Shown: one piece after another, positions 57,018-64,000 of the stretch
Numbering within the stretch: position 1 is the first letter of the stretch
Layout of the letters: the number at the start of each line of letters is the position of its first letter
Assembly: GCA_963813975.1 (NCBI GenBank)
Contig: CAWFAP010000002.1
Span: forward strand, 57,876 to 121,875
Length of the DNA stretch: 64,000 bases
Direction of reading: 5' to 3'
Source of the DNA: an uncultured Actinomycetes bacterium
GTDB lineage: Bacteria > Actinomycetota > Actinomycetes > Streptosporangiales > Streptosporangiaceae
Made by a program: the position numbers and the translations under genes
The notes under the pieces: generated by a model
What the model was told of the DNA's origin: nothing
Seen by the model: the letters and a program-made list of their open reading frames with translations, nothing else
Databases searched by the model: none

Positions 57018-57854
57018 CTAGCCGAGCAGGCGCTGGCGGAGGTGGGCGAGAGCGTGGGTGCTCAGCCGTGAGACGTGCATCTGGGAGAGGCCAAGGTGCC
57101 GGGCGATTTGTGTCTGGGTCATGTCGTGATGAAAGCGCAACCGCAAGATCTTCTGCTCGCGCGGGGGCAGCTCCCTCCAGTGCGCGGCGACGGCCTGCAT
57201 GTTGAGCATGTGCTCCATCGCGTTGTCTTCCGCGCCGACCACGTCCGCGAGGGTGGCGGTGCCGGAAGGGCCGCGCAGCGGCGCGTCCAGCGACGAGGGC
57301 CAGAAGGCTAGTTCCGCCCGCTGTGCGTCCCGCAGATCGTCACCGCTGACTTCCAGGTGGCGGGCCATCTCGGAGGGGGTCGGCGCCCGGCCCAGGTCCT
57401 GGGTCAGCTGGCTGGCCGTCTTCCGGGCTTCCAGGACCAGATCTTGCACGGAGCGCTTGACGTGAACCGGCCAGCATTTGTCCCGGAAGTACCGTTTGAT
57501 CTCGCCGCTGATGCACACCTGGGCGTAGGCGGCCAGGTTACCGCCGACCGCCGGATCGAAGCGCCTGATCGCCTTCATCAGGCCCAGGTAGCCGACCTGC
57601 ATCAGATCCTCGGCCGGTTCATGGCTGCCCCGGTACCGCTCAACGCACGCGGACACCAGCTGGCGGTGATGGGCGATCAGCAGTTCGCACGCCGCGGCCC
57701 GCCTCTGCGTCGCCTCCTCCAGCGATCCGAAGACGACCAGCAGTTCGCGGTCATCCATTCGGCCCAGCGCTTTCTGGAGCCCCCGGCCTCCCGGGGCAGC
57801 CGGACCCTGCGCGGCGTCGCCTGCGCGTGGCGGCGGAGAGTAAATCGCTGTCAT
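57018..57854 (-). CDS. group-3 sigma-70 factor (SigB/SigF/SigG type)
   Basis: Region 2 is DLMQVGYLGLMKAIRRFDP..G.NLAAYA...ISGEIKRYFRD. Region 4 is LPPREQKILRLRFHHDMTQTQIARHLGLSQMHVSRL. Confidence 0.9.
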   Translation of the reverse strand: MTAIYSPPPRAGDAAQGPAAPGGRGLQKALGRMDDRELLVVFGSLEEATQRRAAACELLIAHHRQLVSACVERYRGSHEPAEDLMQVGYLGLMKAIRRFDPAVGGNLAAYAQVCISGEIKRYFRDKCWPVHVKRSVQDLVLEARKTASQLTQDLGRAPTPSEMARHLEVSGDDLRDAQRAELAFWPSSLDAPLRGPSGTATLADVVGAEDNAMEHMLNMQAVAAHWRELPPREQKILRLRFHHDMTQTQIARHLGLSQMHVSRLSTHALAHLRQRLLG

Positions 57855-57865
57855 GCCGCCTCGGC

Positions 57866-58195
57866 TTAACTGGACGGGAGGTCCGCACCGAAGAGCGCGC
57901 TCCACCCCGCCGGGTGCGTGGTGACGTCCTCGCAGCGCTCCTGAAGTCGCTGCAGTGACTCGCTATCGCCCAGGCGGAATGCCACCTCCAGGCGAGCGCT
58001 TTTCCGCACTTCGGGAAGGTCCATCACGGCATCGACCAGGCTCGCGCGGCAGCCGGGGGTGATGTGCCCGGGCTCGGAGTGCAGAGACACCCGGGCGGTG
58101 CCGCCCGATCCCTGGGAGGTGGTCACCTCGGCCGTGGCGACTGTGCGGTCATCATCACCGACCTCGAGGCTCTGACGCAGATCATGCTGGGCCAT
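57866..58195 (-). CDS. hypothetical 109-aa protein co-oriented with and 11 nt upstream of the sigma-factor gene
   Basis: Third-position bias is good and the stop is TAA. A GAGGCGG RBS for the sigma gene follows it. No STAS or GHKL motifs were recognised. Confidence 0.55.
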   Translation of the reverse strand: MAQHDLRQSLEVGDDDRTVATAEVTTSQGSGGTARVSLHSEPGHITPGCRASLVDAVMDLPEVRKSARLEVAFRLGDSESLQRLQERCEDVTTHPAGWSALFGADLPSS

Positions 58196-58685
58196 GCGGT
58201 GCCTCCAACTGCGGGTTCGTGCGCGGATCAGACGCGAGCCCGCGCCGCGCCGGGCCCCTGCTCAAGGCCGGGCCGGGCGGCGATCCCGTCTTGGTGGCCT
58301 CGCGCCGCCAGATGTGCGGCCCAGCCGGCGGCGCGAGGACGTCAGTGTGCAGGACAGGGCCATCGGTGGCTGACCGGGCGTTCAGCGAGTCCGGCGGCTC
58401 CATGCGGCCTGGCCGAGAATAAGATCATGAATGCACTCCGGGACTTGCCCGGCTACCCTCCATTAAACGTCCGTTAATAACAATTGTCAACATCGTTCAA
58501 CTACACTGTAGACAATAATTTATTCCGGCCTCTGCGATGGGGATATGCTATCTGCAGCGGCGTCCGGCGGCCGTGTCCGCGTCGTTGCCCATCGAGTTCA
58601 GTAACCGGGAAAAATTGCTGAGTTACTATTTCCGCCGTAAAGTGTAATTGGCATTCGGGGTTCAATGGCCGGCGGCTCTCCTGGC

Positions 58686-58919
58686 TCACCCGCACGTGGT
58701 ACCGATGGTCTCCGGCGTGGCCGCAGCGGACGTGCGGGCGGCCTCGCGCGCATCGATGAGATCGCCGCGAGCCCGGCTGGCGGCGGCGGTCTCCCGGCGG
58801 CACTGCCTCAGGCCACGCCGCGCGGCGCGGCCGCGCCGGGAGGTGAGCCGTGCTCCAGCCAGCAGCAGGACCGGGCCGAACACGCCGATCGCAGCCACCA
58901 CGATGGCGTACAGGAACAC
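58686..58919 (-). CDS. possible small single-pass membrane protein
   Basis: The GTG lies 10 nt after the desaturase stop. The sequence is VFLYAIVVAAIGVFGPVLLLAG followed by an Arg-rich tail, with high third-position G/C. Confidence 0.4.
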   Translation of the reverse strand: MFLYAIVVAAIGVFGPVLLLAGARLTSRRGRAARRGLRQCRRETAAASRARGDLIDAREAARTSAAATPETIGTTCG

Positions 58920-58928
58920 CGTACGAGG

Positions 58929-60047
58929 TCAGATCGGGGCTTGCTCAGCCGGAACGGATTTTCCCGCGGCCGGGCGTGGCGGTGGCCGGTGGGCCAGCTT
59001 GCCGACGGTGTTGAGGTGGCGCAGCGCCTGGGCGTAGGAACCGACCAGGCTCGTCTCGCAGTAGGGCAGTTCCCGCTGCTGGCAGAACGCCCTGATCAGC
59101 GCCTGGGAATGCCGCAAATTGGGCCGGGGCATGGAGGGGAAGAGGTGGTGCTCGATCTGGTAGTTGAGGCCGCCGAGAGCGAGGTCGGTCACCTGGCCAC
59201 CGCGGACGTTGCGGGAGGTGAGCACCTGCCGCCGCAGGAAGTCCGTGTGGTCGGTGGCGTCCAGGATGGGCATGCCCTTGTGGTTCGGGGCGAAGGACGA
59301 GCCCAGGTACAGGCCGAACAGGCCCTGCTGGACGACGATGAACACCATCGCTTTGACCGGTGAGAGGACCAGGAAAACCACTGCGAAATAGGCCGCGACA
59401 TGCGCCGCCAGCAGCACCGTCTCCCAGGCCCGGTGACGGGAGGCGCGCCTGGTCAGCGACCGGATGCTGGCCGCGTGCAGGCTGGCCGCTTCGAGCAGCA
59501 GCATGGGGAAGAATAGGTAGGCCTGAAAACGGAACGTCAGCCGGGCCAGCCCGCTGGTCGCGCCAGCCTGGGGTTCGGTGAAGGCCAGCACGCCGATCAC
59601 GATGTCGGGGTCCGCGCCTTCCTGGTTGGGATGGGCGTGGTGGCGGTTGTGCTTGCTCACCCACCAGCCGTAGCTCAGCCCGATGCCGAGGTTGCCGAGC
59701 AGGACGCCGATGATGTAGTTGCGCTTACGGGAGCGGAAGATCTGGCGATGCCCGGCGTCGTGGCCGAGGAAGCCAACCTGCGTGAACATGATGGCCAGGA
59801 ACGCGGCTACGGCCAGCTGCCACCACGAATTCCCCACCAGCACGAAGGCCGCCCATCCGGCGGCCAGCAGCACGATGGTGACACTGATGATCCCCGCGTA
59901 GTACCACGGGCGGCGGTCCAGCAGTCCCGCCTGCCGTACCTGCCGGGACAGCTGGGCATACTCACTGCCGCCCCGGGCCGCGGCCGGCGCGGACTCTGGC
60001 TGGGCCTGCCGCTCCGGCAGGCTGGGTGCCGCGTCAAGGGATTGCAC
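58929..60047 (-). CDS. membrane fatty-acid desaturase family protein
   Basis: Three His boxes are present: HDAGHRQ, HNRHHAHPN and QIEHHLFP. A GAGGAG RBS precedes the GTG at 60047. Confidence 0.9.
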   Translation of the reverse strand: MQSLDAAPSLPERQAQPESAPAAARGGSEYAQLSRQVRQAGLLDRRPWYYAGIISVTIVLLAAGWAAFVLVGNSWWQLAVAAFLAIMFTQVGFLGHDAGHRQIFRSRKRNYIIGVLLGNLGIGLSYGWWVSKHNRHHAHPNQEGADPDIVIGVLAFTEPQAGATSGLARLTFRFQAYLFFPMLLLEAASLHAASIRSLTRRASRHRAWETVLLAAHVAAYFAVVFLVLSPVKAMVFIVVQQGLFGLYLGSSFAPNHKGMPILDATDHTDFLRRQVLTSRNVRGGQVTDLALGGLNYQIEHHLFPSMPRPNLRHSQALIRAFCQQRELPYCETSLVGSYAQALRHLNTVGKLAHRPPPRPAAGKSVPAEQAPI

Positions 60048-60063
60048 CAGGAACTCCTCGGAA

Positions 60064-60091
60064 GCACATCGTGACCAGTCTGGTGATGTGC
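60064..60091 (-). promoter_or_regulatory. hairpin in the desaturase 5' leader
   Basis: GCACATC (60064-60070) pairs with GATGTGC (60085-60091), with an internally pairing loop. It lies about 17 nt upstream of the start, next to the RBS. Confidence 0.3.
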
Positions 60092-60356
60092 CGCCGGGGT
60101 CCTGGGCGGCGATCCGGGCCTGGCGCTCTCGTCAGGGAGACGTCCGGCCCGGCCGGTGCCTAGCCACACAGTACCCCGGCCCGGCGAACGCCGACGCGTC
60201 TAGAAGATGCACATCTGACTCGCGTCAGGTTGGGCCGGCGGCCGGGGAGGGCCGCCTGGAGACCGTCGAGGAGGGTGCGGAGGCTGGCCGAGGCGCGGTC
60301 GCCGAGAGCCAAGCCCCGGGTGTAGTCGCGGGGAGTAGGCAGGCCCGGACCGGAGG

Positions 60357-61079
60357 CTAGCGGCTGGGCGAGGAAGGGAAATCCGCGGAGGTGCTGTCAA
60401 CGAAGTCGCGGGCCACGTCGGTAAGGCGCTGGTTGGTGGTGCGGGCGTGGTCGCGCAGCAGCCGGAACGCCTCGTCCATGTCGGTGCCACGGCGCTCGGC
60501 CAGCTTGCCCTTGGCCTGCTCGATGATGACCCGGCTGTTGAGCGCGGCCTGGAGTTGCTCGGCCATGGTCTCGCTGCGGCGCAGGCTGCGTTCCTGGAGC
60601 AGGCCGATGGTGGCCACGTCGGCCAGGGCCTGGGCGATGCGCAGGTCGGCCGGCTCGAAGGCACCAGGGGTGGCCCGGAAGAGGTTCAAGGCCCCGATGA
60701 CCTGATCACGGAGCCGCATGGGCAGCGCCTCGACCGTGCGGAACCCAGCCTGGGTCGCGGCGGCGGCGAACCGGGGCCACTGTGTCTCCGGGTCGGCGAG
60801 GTCAGCGGCGGTGACGGAGTGCCCGGTACGGAAGCAATCCAGGCACGGCCCCTGGTCGTTCTGGATCTGGAACAGCTCGGCCATGCCGGCCGCCTCGCTG
60901 GACGCCGCCGCGACCCGCAGCACGCCGCGCGGGTCGGCGAGCACGACGCCGGCCGCGGACGCAGCCAGCAAGGCGACGCTGCGGTCGGTGAGCATGTGCA
61001 GGAAGTCGATGATGTCGAAGTCGGCGACCATAGTGTCGGCCAGGTCGACGAAGGTGCTGGAGAGCAGTTCGGAGTCCAT
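60357..61079 (-). CDS. GAF and ANTAR domain-containing (RNA-binding antiterminator-type) protein
   Basis: The GAF-like N-terminal half contains QGPCLDC. The ANTAR C-terminus is LNSRVIIEQAKGKLAERRGTDMDEAFRLLRDHARTTNQRL. Confidence 0.9.
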   Translation of the reverse strand: MDSELLSSTFVDLADTMVADFDIIDFLHMLTDRSVALLAASAAGVVLADPRGVLRVAAASSEAAGMAELFQIQNDQGPCLDCFRTGHSVTAADLADPETQWPRFAAAATQAGFRTVEALPMRLRDQVIGALNLFRATPGAFEPADLRIAQALADVATIGLLQERSLRRSETMAEQLQAALNSRVIIEQAKGKLAERRGTDMDEAFRLLRDHARTTNQRLTDVARDFVDSTSADFPSSPSR

Positions 61080-61149
61080 CTGATTTCACCTTCTCGTCGC
61101 TGGAACTGGGGAGCCATCCCCGCGGGCCTGCGGGGCGTGGCCGGATGTG

Positions 61150-61911
61150 TCATGGCGCGCCGCCCTGGGCAGGATCAGGGTCCAGGCGCAGACGGCGGGC
61201 GACGATGTCACCCGCCACCTCGGCCAGCCGCCTGTCCCGCGCATAAGCGTAGGCCCGCAGCCGGGCAAAGGCTTCCCCCGCGGTGACGCCGAGCTGCACG
61301 GTGAGCATGCCGGTGGCCTGGTCGATCTCCACGCGGTGCACCGCCAGATCGGGCGACTGCCCGCCTGGCCGTGTCCCAAACCCGTTCCCGTCCGCGGCCG
61401 CTGTGCCGCCGCCGTCGAGGTCGTCGAGCAGCAGCACGGTCGCGGTGTCGGCCAGCAGCAGGCCGTCGCCGAGCTGCAGGCTGGACAGGGGACCGGGAGA
61501 GTTGCGGTACAGGCCGATGACCCCGGCCCGGATCGCCCCGATCACCAGCGGGAACGCGAACACGGCCGCGGCGCCGGCGTTGCGGGCTTCCGGCGTGAAA
61601 GCGGGCCACCGGCGGCCGGATTCCTCGTCCCCCAGGTCGGCGGCCAGGACCGGTGCCGCAGCGGCCAGCACGTCGGGGCCCGGTCCTTCGCCGAGCAACA
61701 GCTGGAATTCCGCGAGCTGCTCGCTGACCCGGTCCGTCACGCACATGACAAAATCCGGTCCCCGGTGGCTGGCCGCGGCCAGCCACGCCCCGCTGGCCTG
61801 GGCGCAGGAGACGGCGACCGCGCACACATCGTCGACCGCCACCCGGCGACCCGCCGCGGCGGCGCGTTCCGCGATCAGGCTCCACAGGACCGTCGACCGT
61901 CTGGCGCTCAC
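61150..61911 (-). CDS. GAF and ANTAR domain-containing protein (paralogue)
   Basis: A GAF-like region is followed by the ANTAR motif VEIDQATGMLTVQLGVTAGEAFARLRAYAYARDRRL. The start is uncertain (GTG at 61911 chosen). Confidence 0.8.
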   Translation of the reverse strand: MSARRSTVLWSLIAERAAAAGRRVAVDDVCAVAVSCAQASGAWLAAASHRGPDFVMCVTDRVSEQLAEFQLLLGEGPGPDVLAAAAPVLAADLGDEESGRRWPAFTPEARNAGAAAVFAFPLVIGAIRAGVIGLYRNSPGPLSSLQLGDGLLLADTATVLLLDDLDGGGTAAADGNGFGTRPGGQSPDLAVHRVEIDQATGMLTVQLGVTAGEAFARLRAYAYARDRRLAEVAGDIVARRLRLDPDPAQGGAP

Positions 61912-62217
61912 GACCGGCTGGCACTCATCATCGGAGCCGCCTTCCCTGCTACAGCAGCCAGGCGGGGATCGACCCAACAGCTCATTATCGGCCTGCACCA
62001 CGACCTTACGCCTGGGCGCAGCGCCGGAGGGCGTGCCTGGCTGCATCGCGCCGCGTGGGCTGACCATGGCGGGAACGGCCTGGCCGGAACCGTCTGCGCC
62101 CGCGGGCGACCGGCCGGATCCGGTCGCGCCAGGGCCGCCGGCCGTGGGCTGCCGCATCGAGGACGACCAGGACAGGCGCGAAACGGCCCAGGCCCCGGGC
62201 CTGACCATGCGCCGCGG

Positions 62218-62685
62218 CTAGCCGGGCGCGGCCGGTCCCGGGATCCCGAGCTGGGAGATCAGCGTCGCGTGGTCCCAGAGGATCCGCTGCGACCGGATCC
62301 GCCCGCGCTCGAAGCCCACGATGGCGATGGCCAGCACCTCGGCCCGCCGGTGCGTGGCAGGCACCCCGGGCAGCAGCCAGGGCAGCTCCCGGTCGTGCGT
62401 GAACGACACCGTCGTCTCGTCAACCAGGTGAAATCGGTCCACGGTCCGGGACAGCCGGGCGCCGGCCAGGTCGCCCGGCACGTGGGGGAGGAACTCCTCG
62501 GCGTAGAACCGCTCCAGGGCCGGCCGCCCGGCCGCGCCGGTCCCGGCCGGCAGGTGCCACACCGACGGCTCGGCGGTCAGATGCGCCAGTGACCCGGCTA
62601 GATCACGCCGGACGACGGACGCGTCCCGGTGCTCGTCCCACACCCGCTCCAGCTCTCGCATGAATTGCGCGATCGCTGTGGTCAC
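62218..62685 (-). CDS. NTF2-like / SnoaL-type (ester-cyclase-like) protein
   Basis: This is a 155-aa ORF with good codon bias. The pattern ..FYAEEF.P......L.......VDET..SF.H fits a SnoaL-like fold. Confidence 0.7.
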   Translation of the reverse strand: MTTAIAQFMRELERVWDEHRDASVVRRDLAGSLAHLTAEPSVWHLPAGTGAAGRPALERFYAEEFLPHVPGDLAGARLSRTVDRFHLVDETTVSFTHDRELPWLLPGVPATHRRAEVLAIAIVGFERGRIRSQRILWDHATLISQLGIPGPAAPG

Positions 62686-63071
62686 CTCATGAAAATACCC
62701 ATTCCGCGGCAGATGCCCGGCCGTGGCGCGCAGCCTGCCGCGATGCCCGCAGGTGCCCGCCTGCCCGTGGGGCCGGAATTCGTCCCGCCACGAAAGCCTG
62801 GCCCGCGGACCGCCTCACCCCGGCCACCTGGGATGCGTGGCCAGCCGGGCGCGATCCAGATTCCGGGTCCCGGCCCCCCGGCGGCGGGCCTCGGCTGCCG
62901 GGAGGAGCGGGGCGACGGATGGGACGCATGCGATAGGATGAGGCCACACGGCATATCGTGAGGCGTCGCCATCAGGGCGCGCCGGTCGTACGTCGCTCGA
63001 TGAGCGAACTGGTTTCCACGGACGTGGGGCCCTCGACAATGCGGCCACCCGAGTCCGGGAGACATCCCTGC

Positions 63072-64000
63072 ATGACAGTACTTCCCCTTGACCAAACGCG
63101 TGCCCGCCGTCAGCGGCACGGCCGGGCTAAGCCCGGGGCGGCCGGGACCTTCGCCGGCGTCGGCGTCCCTGAGCCGCTGGTCACCTCGCTGGCCGAGGCC
63201 GGCATCCTCACCCCGTTCCCGATCCAGGCCGCGACCCTGCCCGACGCGCTGGACGGCCAGGACATCCTGGGCCGCGGCCGGACCGGATCCGGCAAGACGC
63301 TCGCGTTCTCCATTCCGCTTGTCGCGGGCCTGGCGGACGGGCACACGCTCGCCTGCCACCCGCGCGGCCTGGTCCTGGTGCCCACCCGGGAACTCGCCAG
63401 CCAGGTCCACGCCGTACTCGCGCCACTGGCCGCGGCCATGAACCTGACGGTGACCACCATCTTCGGCGGCATCGGGCAGAACCCGCAGGTCACCGCGCTG
63501 CGTAACCGCGTGGACATCGTCGTCGCCTGCCCGGGGCGGCTGGCCGACCTCATCGAGCAGGGGCACTGCCACCTGGACGACGTGGAAATTAGCGTGCTCG
63601 ACGAGGCCGACCACATGGCCGACCTGGGCTTCCTTCCGGTGGTGCGGCGGCTGATGGAGGCCACCCCGCCCGAAGGCCAGCGGATGCTGTTCTCCGCCAC
63701 CCTGGACAAGGCCGTCGATGTACTGGTGCGGCGATTCCTGAGCGACCCGGCGGTGCACTCGGTGGACTCGGCCGCGGCCGCCCCGGCCGCCATGGTTCAT
63801 CACCTGCTCACCGTCGCGCCGGGAGACCGGGTGCGCGTGGTCGCGGCGCTGGCCGGCGGCAACAACCGGTCGCTGGTCTTCACCCGCACCAAGCACGGCG
63901 CGCAGAAGCTTGCCCGGCAGCTGGCCGGGGCCGGGGTGCCCGCGGCCGAGTTGCACGGCAACCTGAGGCAGGGGGCCCGGGAAAGGAACCTGGCCTCGTT
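63072..64000 (+). CDS. DEAD-box ATP-dependent RNA helicase (5' part, continues beyond the window)
   Basis: It is not in the ORF track because it is open at the window end. Frame 0 from the ATG at 63072 gives the Q-motif region FPIQAATLP, then motif I GRGRTGSGKTLAF, PTRELA, VACPGRL, motif II VLDEADHMADLGF, and SAT (LFSATL). Confidence 0.9.
   Translation, partial: MTVLPLDQTRARRQRHGRAKPGAAGTFAGVGVPEPLVTSLAEAGILTPFPIQAATLPDALDGQDILGRGRTGSGKTLAFSIPLVAGLADGHTLACHPRGLVLVPTRELASQVHAVLAPLAAAMNLTVTTIFGGIGQNPQVTALRNRVDIVVACPGRLADLIEQGHCHLDDVEISVLDEADHMADLGFLPVVRRLMEATPPEGQRMLFSATLDKAVDVLVRRFLSDPAVHSVDSAAAAPAAMVHHLLTVAPGDRVRVVAALAGGNNRSLVFTRTKHGAQKLARQLAGAGVPAAELHGNLRQGARERNLAS

Noticed and set aside
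58404-58470. A SigF/SigB-type promoter (GTTT ... GGGTA) on the minus strand within the AT-rich island (sequence gtttaatggagggtag).
   Set aside because: The spacing between the two elements is only about 7 nt, instead of the roughly 14-17 nt required, so it is probably a chance match.
1-64000. Mobile elements, prophage genes, tRNA, rRNA or other structured RNA genes.
   Set aside because: No transposase, integrase, recombinase or phage-structural motif appears in any frame. I found no terminal inverted repeats flanking a gene block and no tRNA-like or rRNA-like sequence. This was visual inspection only; tRNAscan-SE and an Infernal/Rfam scan would be needed to be certain.

Overview
Very GC-rich, actinomycete-type chromosomal segment. 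GC content and taxonomy were not computed. All calls come from reading the six-frame translations for family motifs, third-position G/C bias, start/RBS context and ATGA/GTGA stop-start overlaps; no database search was possible. I support about 60 protein-coding genes and saw no rRNA, tRNA, CRISPR array, transposase or integrase.

The content looks accessory or metabolic:
- an eroded GTP-cyclohydrolase-II-like / GT87 / methyltransferase / GT4 cluster, followed by an MFS exporter, a DUF2252 protein and a Vgb-type streptogramin lyase;
- a cysteine-dioxygenase-like cupin plus amidohydrolase operon with a divergent LacI regulator and two palindromic operators;
- isochorismate synthase preceded by a WhiB-like gene, and a membrane-anchored Rieske plus small Rieske pair;
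- a BBE-type FAD oxidase and a MocR regulator;
- a Tat-signal GH15 glucodextranase with a large LuxR (LAL) regulator;
- a leaderless GH16, a NarL-type two-component system, a beta-carbonic anhydrase and an MprF-like membrane protein;
- a SigB/F-type sigma factor, a membrane desaturase, two tandem GAF-ANTAR proteins and a DEAD-box helicase running off the right edge.

The best candidate for an undescribed system is at 16.5-22.4 kb. A signal-peptide-less S8 subtilase is transcribed divergently from an 885-aa TPR-CHAT (caspase-like) protein. These are followed by an FHA-domain membrane protein and a tightly coupled 129-aa ORF. No gasdermin, CRISPR or STAND NTPase partner is present.

A second theme is dense gene erosion. 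At least eight loci are frameshifted, truncated or carry a premature stop. Two of the shifts sit at short homopolymer runs, so assembly indel error must be excluded.
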